Program-made: the position numbers and the translations under genes | In this document: positions 40,701 to 54,694 of the stretch, one piece after another | Layout: every line of letters begins with the position of its first letter | Numbering within the stretch: the first letter of the stretch is position 1 | Notes under the pieces: generated by a model | Database searches by the model: none | What the model was told of the DNA's origin: nothing | What the model saw: the letters and a program-made list of their open reading frames with translations, nothing else | DNA from: Dipteris shenzhenensis | Taxonomy: Eukaryota | Assembly: GCA_047967505.1 (NCBI GenBank) | Contig: CM106538.1 | Length of the DNA stretch: 64,000 nt | Direction: 5' to 3' (one strand)

Positions 40701-43700
40701 CAAGACTTAGCCTCTTGAATGGTTGTCTGACTCATCTGCAAGCCCAGCTTCATAACACAAGCTTATACTCACAGTCCCACAGCCTTCCAAGAGACATGCT
40801 ATAGCCTACAGCTACTGCGTATGATACGTAGCTTAGCTATTCCCTTCTACAGGCTTGAGCGATGGTATAGAAGTTCTGCAGAGTTTGAAAATCAAGATCA
40901 ACATGGTCTTCAAGAGGAGAGGTGCAAGAAACAGAGATGTTCCACATCATCTAAGGTCTACAAGACCTTAGTAAAAGCTACATCATCAACACCTTTTCTA
41001 CCCCTCTTCTTCCTAAGGTTTTAAAATCCTTTTTACCCCCTTGTTCTTCCCAATCTTCCTAACCTCGCCATTTTCAAAGAAGAAGATTGGAGATCAGTTC
41101 GAGGAGTTCGAAATGTAAAGGAAACGAAAAGTGGGATTTCAAAGTTTGATATCAAGGGAAGCAAAAGAACGGGAAGCGAGATCATGAATCAAAAGAATGC
41201 GAGGACGACTCGATTTCAAAGACAAATCCAAAACCTCCAACAAATATCAAGGAAGTGGGCATCATATTTTTCTCTTTGACATAAAGTGCTTTGCTTTATA
41301 AATTTTGGAAAATACACATCTTTAAAATGGCAACTCCAAAAAGGGATGATATGATTAGGGAGGCCAAGGAAAGGGCTAGAAAGGGAAAAGCAATAGTTGG
41401 AGAGGAAACACATAAGGTAAAAATTGAAAATCAAGAGGATAACGTGGAGAACATAGACTACGGTGATTATGGAATTCCGTATACTAAATTCACTAAACTT
41501 GAAACTCAAACACAAAATATAGAAACATAGCTAGGAGTTATCAGTGATACATTGAAAACCCTAGACCATGACACAGGTGATGGTGTAATGCAAAGGCCCC
41601 CACATGGGGTGGTGCCTATGATTGTGGAGTTCCTATGATTTAGGAGCTACCTCCATTGATGTAGGAGAGGTGCCATTGATTTAGACACCCTCTCTCCATT
41701 TCTATGAAAAGAGGGACTTCCCTCTCACAATGAATAGAGCACCCATTTGAATATCTCATGTGTTCTCACTCACCTCCATGATGAAGCTCTCCTCTCTCCC
41801 CAAGTTCCAACACATTGCACTATACAATTTCATATTTCCTCTCCTTCCATGCACAATCTTAAATTTTTCCACTACGCAATTCTATATTGCTTTTTCTTTT
41901 TTATATTAAATTTGATGGTAGATGATAGGGGAAACAATTAACACACTTTCTCTTGAATGATAATAGGAGCTATGGCTTTGATTTAGAAATTTGTGTTGAA
42001 GGGATAGAGGAAAAACTCAAAATAAAGTCCACACAAAAAAAATTGCTAGATAGAATCTCCCCAAGTTTTGTTATTTACCTAGGTATCTTTTGCTTGGAAA
42101 ATCTACCAAAAAACTACATGCTTCTTCTATCTCTCGAGGCATGGTGGACATGAGATCATGTTCCCTAAATCCCTTCCTAAAAATGGATTGATTGGGTAGC
42201 TTGCTAAAAAAGGAGATTTGGTCTTTACTTACTTAATCTAATTAGCTTAAGGGGTGCCTACTATTGATTGGGTAACTTGCTAAAAAAGAAGGAGATTCGT
42301 TATTTACTTAATCTAACTAACTTAAGGGGTGCCTACTATTGATTGTAAAAAATTTATGAAAAGCTCTTGAATTAGCACTATCAAGCTTGGGGGGTAGTCT
42401 AATCTCATTATAGGCAATACGCATGCGTGCACATGCGCGTGCGCGCACACACACACACAGTACATTACACTAGCTTCTATAGCAATGAAGTAAACACTTA
42501 CATGTGTACATATGCAACTCAATAGTCTCATATGGTTCTTAATAATAGTGCCATGTGTTGTCATTTCAATTGGGAGAGGAGAATACATTTGCTACTCTAC
42601 TTATTCAAGGCATCGATTACTTCACGTTGGTAAACAAAGATTTTTTAGTTAGCCTATTGATACATTTATGTATAGTCTCAACTGTGACTCAGGTGTCATG
42701 GGTATCTTGAAGGAATGCCGATGGAGCCTCCACTCCAAGCTACTCCTTGTGAGAGAAATGCAAAGCACGAGCTGTCCGGAGAAGGGAGAGGAGAGGGAGA
42801 AGGGGAGAAGAGAGGGGAGAAGGGAGGAGGAGGAGGGAAGGAGAGAGTGAAGGGGGATGGAGTGGAAAACACAAAGGCACAACAAGGGAAACAAGAGAGC
42901 ACCCAAAGATACTCTTGGAAGAGAAGAGGGAGCCTGTTTCCCAAACTTGTGCATACAACAATGAAGACCAAAGTCAACCATTTGGCCTTTTATACAAGTC
43001 ACCTTTTGAAGGGAGGGCCAACCCTTTTCCTTTTTGCACTCTCCCTTTCTTTACATTCACAAGGCTCTTGGGCCCATAGGGTGCCAACGCATCTTCTCTA
43101 TCCTTTCCTTCCGTCTTCTATTGTGGCTCCTATTGTTACGTTTCTCTGTGTGTCAAAAATAGCACTAGTGTTAACCATATAAGAGCACGTGGGACAATCC
43201 TGGTGTTAGGAGGAGCTCCTAACCGAGTCCCAAATAGGGCTTGTGTTAACCTCGCCCATCCGAGTACTAAGCCATCTAAGGCTCAAAACCCGGACGTGAG
43301 GCTCAAAACCTGGAGTGGCAAGGTTCTTGAGCCATTTGCAGCTCAAAACCCATAAAGCCTGTAACTGTACTCCCTCCATGGCTGTGCAACCGTTGAAGTA
43401 AATTATGAAGCCTAATCACTCATTACCTTGCATTCTATGACTATACTCTGTGAATGTTAGCATGCCCCCCTTCCTATTGCTGAGCCGCCCTTGGATCAGC
43501 CACGCTAGATGAGGGGGGTGGAGAGAACCGTCTGGAGGACTGCATAGTGGTCCAATTGGAGGGGAGTGATCCGGGTCAGGTATGAGCGGAACTTCCAAAA
43601 AAGGTTGGCATGCAGGTCCCTTTTTTATCTAAAAATTGAATAGGGACCCCCAAATGGAATTTGGGGCTATTAATTAAATTGTTCACACATGGATGGAGAA

Positions 43701-46164
43701 ATTAACCTAAGAAGAGGGATAGGATGGCAAAATTAATCTAAGGTGAGGTTCGATTGACATGACAGTGGCTTCACTCTACTAAAGTCTACCCTCGTAGGGT
43801 AGACCAAAAATAGAAAGTTCCTCTAAAGGAAAGTTGATGTATAGGAAAAACTCCTATAGGAAAGTTCCTGGATAGGAAAGTCCCTAGATAGGACAATTGC
43901 TATATAGGAAAAGCTCCTATATTGAAAACACCACTAACCACCCAACTAACCCTTGACCAATGAATAAAAATCCTTTATTGACGTCTACTATACTTGCCCT
44001 TGGCAGTAAATTGCCCTTGGTTACTATACTATACTTGCCCTTGGCAACAAATTGCACACCAGTGCTTCATGACGATTCTTATTGAGCAGCACGAGTGAAG
44101 AGAAATCTGATGATGCGAACACACTCAAGCAACAGATGCCACCAAAGGACATCCTCAAGCATCAGACGCCATTAAAGGAACATAGCAGGCCCAATGAAGT
44201 AAGCCACCGTGCCTCAGGAATGAAAGAAAGTTGTGCATAAGGTCAAAGTGTGCTAGGATGTGAGTCTAAGGGCATTGAATATGTGGTTGACTAGCATGAA
44301 AAGGTCCGACACCATGAAGACAGCTAGGAAAATTACAACACCATTTTGCAAAGAGGTCATGAGGAAAGAGGGTCAAATAGAACACATTCTAATGAATGAA
44401 TTGGAGATAAACACTACCACCAGCTACTGCAGCAGCAATATAGTAACGTGCAACGACTGGAGTAGTGCAATAAGGCCTTAACACAGCAGGTTGAGAAGTT
44501 CACCTAGCAAACAGTGGTTGAGATAGGCTCCTATGAGGACGTAATGGCCAATCCTCTAGTTCTCCAAACTATAGTGGACTATGTCAAGGAAGCGGTAAGG
44601 GTCTGTGCCAACGATCTTTTTAGCCACATGAAAAAGTATTCCAATGAATTCAAGCTCAGCCTTGTAATGGATCTGACATCGAGTCTGCTAAAAGTCTCTC
44701 TGCAATTGGAGCTATGCAAAAGCTTGTTATGGGTGTTTGAGAACCACCCGCGGATCCAAAGATAAAGGAGAACTAAATCCATGTGCTCAACCCTACCAAT
44801 TGTGCTAGCGCAGGAATCAATAGGCGATTGGAACTCGGTAATGGATTCCACAGCCTTCCTCAAAATGTCAGCTTGCAAAATTGATCGAGACGTCGTCTCT
44901 CTTTGCACCCTCTTCCTATCAATCACAGCTTCACTTCATGTTGATCCTATTGCATTGGTGTGTGAGAACTGATATGCAAATTATAGGAGGGCAACCTGGT
45001 GGGTTTTGAGAAGAAGGTGATGGCCAAGGGGAGTGGATTGGCACCAACAAGGGAGCAAGCGTACTCCCAGGCAAAAGGTGTATAAGAGGCATGCACTCAG
45101 GATATAAAAGAGCTTTCCCAACCCTATCGATGATCACCATTGCATAGTGTCTACAACAGTGAAAAGATACAAAGCTATTCTGAAGCCATGTTGAAAGCGT
45201 TTCCTTACAGTGGGATTTGCAAGACATGGTCAAGAATTCTATACTGTTGATTAGACAAGCAAAAAATGAATTGAAAGAATTCTCTCTTGACTATCAAACA
45301 TCATAGACTTAGTGATTTGGTTAGTCATAGTTGTTACACAAATAGATTTGTAGTTTTTTTTCAGTTTTTCGTTGAAGATTACACGTTGCACCTTGCACCA
45401 ATAAGCCCAAGTCTGGAAATTGAGTAGACTCTCTTGTGCACTCTACGCTCATGCTTCTTGCAATCACAGTGTAAACATTTATATAGTTTAGCTTTCCACT
45501 ATATCAAGGACCTAAAACAACTAAATCAAAGGCTTATACTAAATCAAGGGCCTAAAAAAGTGGTTAAATCAAGGGCCTAAATCAAGGGCTTACATTCATG
45601 ACCCGTGGCTCAAGGAGGTGTGAGAAACCCCAAACATCTCCCTAGGCTGCCTACCGCAACAAGTGAAAGAAATGAATGACTTTTGTCATTCATAAGGCCT
45701 GCCCAAAATGTAAACCAAACGAGGTAATGAATGGAGAGAGAGAGATGGAATGACAATAAAAAAACGGGGGCCTAAGTCTTGAATGTTCATTTCCAAACTT
45801 GTCTCAAAGCCATTAGTACACTTAACTCCCACTTGATGGTAGCCAATCAAAGCATCACACCTATTTTAGAAGCAAGTTAATCCTAAAAATTTTGAATTTC
45901 TACTTTACAAAATGAGAACGATTGCTAAGGCTACCTAGAGGGTAGACTAAAAAAGATTTTTAGCTTTTTTCAAGACAAACGGATCACGATACCCTACCCC
46001 CCTTAGCCAACAAGGTGGGGCTCCCACAAGGGCCCTACATGGCTTATTTTCTCTTGAGAATGATTGTCTTTGCCGAGGATTCAAGAAGTGTGACATGGGG
46101 AGGGCTGGCCCTTTTTTTCTAAGTGCGGTTAAGCATGTGGGCGATCACCTACTCGATGTATGCA

Positions 46165-46740
46165 CAAACAATATAGTGGTCTGTCTAGTACACGTGCGAT
46201 ATTTTTGTGTGTATTTGTGCTGATGGCAAGTCACTCCAAATGTGGTCCAAGTGTGAACCGTAGATAGTTGTGGGCTTATTTAGTTGTAGTTCGAGGCCTA
46301 AGGATTGCATGAGTCTTTCCAAGTTTGTTGATGTAGGTGATGCTTTGCTCATGTCTATTTGAAGTCTATTTTGTCCTATTGGTCATTATTATTTTTTAAA
46401 GATGAGTCAAGAACATGTTATATTTTTGAGATGGCAGCCTATATATATTGCAGATTTGGAAGTGCTGTCATGAATTGTTGTATTAATGGATGTTATTTCC
46501 ACTCCTTGGTCTATGTATGTCTCAACACTATGTATTGGCAAGTGCTTTCATACAAGTGTGCATTGTCCTGTGTGAGAAATTTTTTTGATTGCATTGATCC
46601 TTGTGGTGTGACTTGCTTTTGGTGTCTTGTTTTTGTTTCCTCAAGACAAATAATGCTTGAGTCCATTATTTTTTTTTGTTCCCTCAATGTCGAGGACGTA
46701 TTTTTCTAGTGTTCTTGTGTTTAGTGATGTTATTTTGACA
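46165..46740 (-). pseudogene. Apurinic/apyrimidinic (EEP-family) endonuclease domain directly after the helicase
   Basis: Manual translation across frameshifts gives KITSLNTRTLE...IMDSSIICLEETK...ICNIYRLP...DF(N)ID...NKPTTIYGSHLDHIWSD...Y*TDH, which are the EEP motifs in the expected order. Confidence 0.78.
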
Positions 46741-49700
46741 TTGCTGCTGCTGCTGGGAGTTCTCCATCGTTACCTAGGCTAGTGCTGAGTCTATGCATCT
46801 CATCTTGCACATGTGTGTCGACGTGGAAGTTTTCATTTTGAATTGGTTCCAATAGATACAATCTTTGAATCTCCTTGACTCGAGATAAAGACGTGTATGC
46901 TAGTCCGTGTCCTCGTACTCCCCTTGGTGAAAAAGCGAGTCTTTCCAATGTTAGCCCTTGGGCACGATGTATTGTCCTTGTTGCCGCCGCTAATTGTATA
47001 GGAATTTGTTCTCTAGTAAGGATGCTTGTTTTTTATGGCCCTACTTGTACCTTTTTCACGATTCTAAAGATAGGATTCCATTGTTTTGCGATGTGGTTTT
47101 CATAAGCATCGATGTTATTTTGGCATCCTCACAAGCCAATGTCTTTTGAAGGGAATAGTGTCCACACTATATCCCTCTCGATAGATGTCAAAGTTGTCAT
47201 GAAAACTCCATCGATGCCGTTCACCAAGCCATCTTGCTGGTCAATGTTTTGTGAGCAAAGTTCTACTAGCATTCCTTCTTTTATCTCGATTTTGGTATGC
47301 GGGCCACGTGTTTCTTGGATCATATAGTGTTTTTGTTCTGTTGCATGTTGCATGTGAGAAGTGATCCCTTGCAAGAAGTACGTGCTTTTGCCCGTGCAAA
47401 GCCGCATCATTGTGTTGTGTTTTCTTGTTTGCAAGTTTGTGTATAGGTGGGGGAATGTGTGGTCTAGCGGTATTGGGTGCAAGCATGTTTTGTTCATGTT
47501 ATCCAAGTCTTCGATTGTGTGGATGCATTTCTTGAATGAGTTGAGCGTGTTTATGAATGCATCATTGCTTTGGCGCATGATAGATTGTAGCTCAAAGAAT
47601 TTGGGTTTTGTTTGCCAATATGTCTCCGCAAGACATTCTAGCTCTCTTAAGGCTATTTTGAAGACCCACGAATCTTTCACTGGCTTGGCCTAGTAGAAGT
47701 CTCCACACGTAATGATGTCTACAACTCCAAAGAAGTGTGTGTGATCTCTTTTCAAAATTCTCAAATCAAAAAAATTAATTGTTCTTTTCTCGACCAACGA
47801 GATTTCATAAAAAACAAAAAGTTGAACTTGCGAATATAGGGTTGTCAATGTGTCCAACCTCTCCCTTGGAAAAGATGTTAAGTTGTTTGTGTGTGTAGGA
47901 AGATGCAAGGCAGAGTGAATCGTGTTATCATTAATATTGCACGATGCTTTTCTGGTGTAGGCTAGCAAGAGGGTTGTGGGCAGGTTGTAGTCAACATGCT
48001 CCAAAGTCTTGTGGTAATGTCCAAGCAAGCCTTGCACTATTAGGAGTTAAAAACAAGTGTATTTTTTCTTGTGGATCCAAATGCTTTCGCAACATGACAT
48101 TATCAAATAGCTCGTGCTGCTCCTTAGTAAATGATCTTATCTTCTAAAAGTACTTGGTGTTGTACATGAGAAGCTACTCTTTGGCGGTGACCATAAATTG
48201 GTCACTCTTAATGACTTTTGATACTGCAGGCATGTCTAGTGATATATCGTACAAGTTCTCATTTTGGGGTTCGTTGTCAAAATATGGGCTTCTACTATTT
48301 TCGTGGTCGCATGCGATGTTGGTCGAAGGACTTTCTATGTCGTTATTGTCATAGTACTGATAGTTGTATTTCTCTTTGTTCATGCGTATTATATCTTCTC
48401 TTGCATAATAGGCTTTGGCCCCTCATTGTTCCTCCTCATCCTCTCTAAAGGGGCAGTACAAAAGAAGCTGCTCGCGGTAGGTGATTGTTAGGGTTTTTAA
48501 ATTTGTTGAGCTTGACAAAGCTCAAGATTTTTTGTTTCTTTCTTTTCTTGGAAGTATTGTTATTATGATTGTATTCGGTAGTGAATGTCGCCAGACATAT
48601 GTCGTCCATGAGCTGTTGGTCAATGTATTTGTCAATGATGCTCCGACAAGAAATGTCAGTGGAGTCATTGTCAAGTGCTTGCAGTTTGTCTTTACATTTC
48701 AGAATGAATGCTCTTTTCTCCTTCACGTTTGTGTTAATGAATTGGAAGTCTCTGCTACATCTGTGCAAAGGAAGTGACAAAGTGATGAATGCTGCGAGTT
48801 GTTCGCTCATTTGCTGAGCATGTAAAAAAGCATTTCCCATTTTCCTTAATCTCTCTTGCATGGGGTTGTTCTCTTGCAAGCACGTCGTCAATGTGTCACG
48901 CATTGATTATGTGAGCGTGCTATCCATTTTTGTGATTAGGAAGTGCAGTATAATCCAGCAGCATATGGGTCCATGATGAATTATATGTCCATATTAGATT
49001 GCTAGAGGAAGCTAACCTTCTTGTTGAAAGCATTCGTGAAGATGTCCTTTGGTTCATGTTTTAGGAATACTGTTGGTTTCGATATTAAAGCCCTTAATGA
49101 TAGGATGTATGCTTGTATGTCTATTTGTAGAGTGTCCAACCACTGGGGTAACTTAACATCCTCCATTGTTTTGATTCTTTGAATTCCTTGTCGAATTCAA
49201 ATGCAGACTTCTTTGAATTTATCCCTTTCCCCACCCTCAAGTGGAGCCAATATCATTGTTGCATGCAATGGGGGCTTGGGATAGTGGAATCTGCAAACTT
49301 TGTGTTGACCCTTTGTGCATGTCTTTGTATGCCTGTGAGTCTGTATTTCAGTCATTTTTTCACCTAGCAGCTTCTTGTCACACGCGATGTGCTCGTCTAT
49401 GAGGGCTATCACCTCAACATCACTGTCAACATTGTATTGCGGTGCTTATTCGACCCACAAAATCCCATGCTCGTACTGGCTACCTCTACTTTGGAACTTT
49501 GTGACAAAGAAGTAATCAGCTACATTGCCTATTATTGAGTCGTCCTTGTGCAGTAGGTGGACCATATTTTGTAATTTGTGTGTATAATATCAGGTGCATC
49601 ATGACAAGTTTTGCCTAATGAGCCGCATGATGCTTGGTTCGTGGAGCATTGTATTGTGTGGTGGAGTCCCTATGCTATACTTTGTTTTGAGAGCACTCAC

Positions 49701-50881
49701 TAAAGGTTCCCACATCCGTTCGGTGCATGAGAAAGTAACAAAGAAACATGGTGGCCCCAATTGACGCATCATTGCAAATGCTTCTTTGCGTAGTCTTTCC
49801 TTGTGGTCGGGCGAGGTGCGATGGTTCTCAAAGTCCCTATATCCTATCCCTGATTTCATTATCTACTCAATGTTGGTATTATTTTTTTCATCCCTCGCAC
49901 ATAGCAATTTATTTTTTAGCATTCTTTTTCTTAAGTGTACCCATATGGATTGCAACACTTGATGTATTAAAACCTTTATAGCTTTAAAAAAAAGATTTGT
50001 AATATTATGAGCAAATTTCAATGACTTGTGCATTATTTCCCATTTTACTTTGTCTAAATATGTTAGCTTGTGATTGCAAACCATTCTAGGGAAGCCACAA
50101 TATAGTGACGAGAAATTCAACTCCTCGCTATGCTCATCTTTGGAAACACCTAACGGTTTTTTATTCTCTGAAGGTGGCACATAAATCGCCTATGTTTCAA
50201 AATCTATGACTTCCTCTATGCTAACTAAGTTGTGTATCAACGTGTCGATTTCTATCTTGTCCTCTTCCATTAGGCGCTCCTCGACATCATTTAGTATGCA
50301 CACGCCAGGCAAAGGCATATTTAGTGATGTATTCAATGGAGTGAAAAATTTAGGGATGATGTTCCTTTTTATTGTGTTGTTGCACTCATGACAAATTTTG
50401 TAGTGCTTTTCTATAAATCCAATGTTCGGATCTTCTCTTTTTTCTTTTACCCCCTCAAATGTTGCATTGCTAATGTACATGCTTTGTTTCCTGAAAAACA
50501 TTCTTTTGCATGAAAAACAATCATGTAATGAACTTGGCGGAGGTGATGTTTCTATCAATAGAAATTCTTTCCTTTTTTTTTTTTGAGTAGGCACTGGTAT
50601 AAAGGAAGTTTTTTGGTTGGAAGTTTTTGCCTCTTTGCTGCTTCCACCAGTTATCTCTTCGCGGGTACATTTTATTTTTAGAATCTTGCTTCTGATAATT
50701 GATGTTGAAATGTTGTAAGAGGGAAAACTTTGTTGCATGTGCTCTTTAATGTTGGTGCTTTTTGTTTCTCTTTCTTCAAGCACGATGCTTTGCAAGCATT
50801 CTTCCATGCTTGTAGACCATTGCCTTTGTTTGTTAGCGTGTTGAGAATAACTTTACATGGACAAATGGTCATAGTCGATTC

Positions 50882-51352
50882 CTAAGTCAACATCTGCATG
50901 GTTAAGGTTTTGTGATTCCAGTTGCGACACTCGTAGACTTTGTGGAACTGGTCGGTGCTTTCAAGAAATAGCTCTAATTTGAATGCATATGTTTTGGCTA
51001 ATGTGGGTAATGCAAATGAGTCGAATGGGTTGAGTGTGAACCCTTCGTGTTGCACACAATGAAGATACCCTTCAAAATCTGCAACTCTTGGATACAAACT
51101 CTCGAACAATGCATCGTTGAAACCATTCTTCCATTCAATGAAGCTTTGTTTCTTCCCTTCTATCAACCCCTTCACTTCTTTGCACATGCAAGCTTTTAAA
51201 GAGTGAGTGGATATGTGAAAATGAAGGAGATATGATACACACAATAGAACACACTTGTTGTTTGGGTATCTCTCCATCGTGAATTCGACGTCGAGAGATC
51301 TATAAGTGTCAATGGATGTACTTTCCATACCTTTGATTGGGCAACAACGCAA
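50882..51352 (-). pseudogene. OTU-like cysteine protease domain upstream of Rep
   Basis: NNKCVLLCVSYLL...HSLK...FEGYL...EG...ALPTLAKTYAFKLELF resembles the OTU pattern (DGNCxFxAxS...FxxYL...ALAxxYxxxIxVF). The position fits Helentron architecture. Confidence 0.5.
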
Positions 51353-53112
51353 TGAGAATATTGTAATCTACTCGAACACACTAAGACTCAAATCAAACTT
51401 TGATGAAAGATAGGAGATTACATTATGATCCTCGTATTGTGAAAAGACAAAACTCCATAGAAGTCTTTAGTACTAAGCAAACCATTTGTACAAAGTACTT
51501 TGCGAGCACATCTCTTACTACATTAAGAGAAGTAGACTTTTGGTTAAGGCAGCAACGTCTCTTACTACATTTAGAGAAGTAGACTTTTGGTTAAGGTAGC
51601 AACATGCCTCACTTCACATCCTCGACAGTGGGGGCAATAAAACCGGTAACACAACCAAAGTTGTTTGTAAGGAAACGGCCTTCCACTTTCTTGCTGAATA
51701 GGTAGGACTTCAACAACGATGTGTTTCCATGAAGCAACTCTGCAAAAGGTCAGAGAAGCCTTAAAACCTTGTCAACAATTGCATCCTTCAAAGTGACATC
51801 GATTAGTGCTCCTTCAGCTGTTGTTATGAGGGCCTTTATTTTGGGTATTTTAATAAGAGAGGATGTTTTGTTGTAAGACAAGCAAAAGACATTGTCTCCC
51901 CATCTCTTAATATTTTATTTCCCTTGTATATGGTCCTTCACTGGTCTTAGGTGTAAAATCACTTGTAGAAAATCTCAATTGTACACGGGGGAAGTAAGCA
52001 ACTAGAACTGGTTGCTATATCCAATGTGCTAGATGTGTGCACTAAAGACGTGCGAGAGATAGGCTACAAAAGGCGATGGGTCTTTGATGGACACAATTAT
52101 AGTAATGTCAAGGATATTTAAGACCTTGCATCCAACATTGTGCAATATGAACTTTGCCTCTCCAAAAACTTTGAATTTCTCTGAAGTGTTAACAAAGTTG
52201 GAGCGTCGATTGCTCCAGAAGGTGAGCTGTTGATATGTGTTCAAAAGTGTAGCATAAAAGTTTTAGACTTGTGCCATAAAAGTGGAGATAGTGGCAGACA
52301 ACAAATATGAGAGATGTAGCGGCTCATTCAAATTAAGTCTTACTCATGTCTTACTGTTATGAGATCCTTGAGTAGGTCACCATCTCCCACGATCAGCTCA
52401 TCACGTTGCTTGTACGAAGCCCCCAATTTTATGATGGTGACGGCAAGAGTTGCAAAAGGAAGCTGGTTTCCCTCACCCTTATTTACTAGATTCCTACACC
52501 CCTCTTTGTATTGGCTAATGGTTCCCTAGGGATAAATTCTGGCACCACAACAAAAGGTTCTATCCTTTCGACTCTAGTTAGAGCAGGCACATTGACGTTG
52601 TCAACATAGGGTGGGTACTCTTCTTTTACCTCTACCAGTTTTGTTTTTCTTTAATCAGAAGAATCTATTTCATCTAGCTTTCTTTTTGGGCAAGGTTTTG
52701 TAGCCACGGTTGTTTTCACAATAGGTGGTGGAGAGGAACTTAAAAGGGAAGCAACACCACCTACAAGGGAAGGATTGACAACATGTACACTCAAAGAAGA
52801 GATATTGGTTGGAAGGATATTGTCTCTCTTTGATTGAGGATGCACAACATCTGTTTCAACAAACTCAAACGTGTCAGAGTTGACATTGATATGTCTTCGT
52901 CGTTTTTCTTTATTGAAGTGGGATGACAACTCTTTGCATTTTTACAACTACTGCCACAAATCTTTATTCACTCTAAAATGAACAGAGAATTGCAAGATTA
53001 GAGATTTTGATTTCACTCAAATTGAAAGGGGCCAAACATATATATACAAATATATTAATACAGGGAAAATTAGACTCTATCGCTATAATGTTTTAATATA
53101 TACTTTTTCTTC

Positions 53113-53450
53113 TATGATGTAGTTATCTTCTCTTTAAATCCATTTGGGAACACTATAGCAATTGATACCATTTTTCTTAGCAATCCACAACACTTTTTTC
53201 GATCTTTTAGTTTGATTAAGAAAAACGAAATGTGGGGGGAGAAGTATCCTATATGCCATCTAAACCTTTACAAACTCAATACAATGATGGAGTTATTTTC
53301 TCTTTAAATTCATTTGGAAATATTGCAGCAATTGATAGCATTCTTTTAGCAATTCATAAAACTTTTGTTTCATCTTTTAGTCTGATTAGCGGAAGCGGGA
53401 TGTGGGGGGGTATATATCCTATATGCCATTCAAACCTTCACAAACTTAGA
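53113..53450 (+). repeat. Tandem duplication of ~170 bp
   Basis: ATGATG-AGTTAT-TTCTCTTTAAAT...GCAATTGATA...TGTGGGGGG...TATCCTATATGCCAT...ACAAACT occurs twice. Confidence 0.8.
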
Positions 53451-54694
53451 GACATAGTCACACACAATGCAATGAAGCAAGCAAAATATATACAACAAAA
53501 CATGTTGCAAGGCCAGTAAACATGAAGCGTGACTAACTGTCAAGCCACACTTACATCCTAGGGCCATCAAACTTGTAGCGCCACTAACTATCAAACCACA
53601 CTTATATCCTTCTAAGGACCAACACTGTCAACAAACCAACAGCATGAAAACCAAACTATACCGCTCAAATCCCTACCATCGAATAGCCTATTGTAGACAG
53701 CAAGTCTAGCACCATCAAACCCTCATCAAACCCACAATTCAGCTGTTGTATTAGTCATGCAAGAAGGCTAATGCTGCAACTAAGGACCTGCCAAATTAGA
53801 CTGTTGCACGCATCCAATCACCCGGATGTGCCAAGCACTCAAGTCTTGTCTAGTCAACATCTTCTTAAACGCAATCGAGCAGCCTAACATACACAACAAA
53901 CCATCGAACCCCCATGACACACGCGCAAGCATGCAGATTAGTCACAAAGAACAACACCTGAATGTCCACACACCAAACACTCGTCCTCCTAACATGAATC
54001 ATACACGACTATCACCACACCTAGAAACAACGCAACCCCAAAAATCAAGCCCAAACACTGAATTATAGAGCTTGTGCAGCAGCAACCTCCCTCACAAGCA
54101 AAGATAGCGTCCCCTCCCATGCGCAACACTTGCATGTACTACAAACTATATCGACCAAGCATCCGCATATACCACGCGTGCAACAGACTACCATATACAT
54201 GAAACCAATGGAAACTCCAAAAGAAACACTCAAAGGTCAACTATGACCTTCTGAGTTAGCCATCTCTGTATCAAAATCTTTGCAGCAAGAGTCAGACAAT
54301 GCATATACAACCATCGCAATCTTGTAGCCAAAGAATCGATGCAGCGACGTATTTATACATGCAAACATGCTTTTTCTAAATCGTGTCAGAGCACAGAGCG
54401 ATTTGCCTGACACGATTACCCCCATGCATCTATCTCTGATTGTTTGAAGAGGTGCAAGCCAAGAATGGCTTGCCCTGTTCAAGAAGCAGCCCTATTTTGC
54501 TACAAAACAACACACGAGATGGACGTCCATCCCCACCGAAGTATTCTCCACCATCGCCATGCTGTGCCCGCCAGGTAACAGTGAAGAAAAGCCTCTTGCA
54601 ACATGCCACAAGTTGCCAAAGAGCCCTCGCCCATGACAAGCATCAGAGCCCTCAAACCACCAGAACCCGCCAGAGAAGCCTAAAGAAAACCCAC

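Larger units (their letters stand above)
46160..52930 (-). mobile_element. Decayed Helentron/HLE2-type rolling-circle transposon (OB-fold?, OTU-like, Zn finger, Rep, PIF1 helicase, AP endonuclease)
   Basis: Rep: TSPDHKERLRKEAFAMMRQLGPPCFFVTFSC, FVTKFQSRGSQYEHGILW, QTHRHTKTC...CRFHYP, NAFLHAQQMSEQLAA. Helicase: YEISLV, IITCGDFY, MRQSND, TIHRAQGLTL, LAYTSLSRV. APE motifs follow. Termini were not defined. Confidence 0.88.

Noticed and set aside
44260-45233. ORF cluster with a GDWN word, possibly a LINE endonuclease
   Set aside because: A single short motif with no other EEP or RT motifs in order. No call could be supported.
46095-46120. AGGGC-TG-GCCCT hairpin as the Helentron 3' terminus
   Set aside because: The position is plausible, but the stem is short and no matching subterminal inverted repeat could be confirmed by eye.
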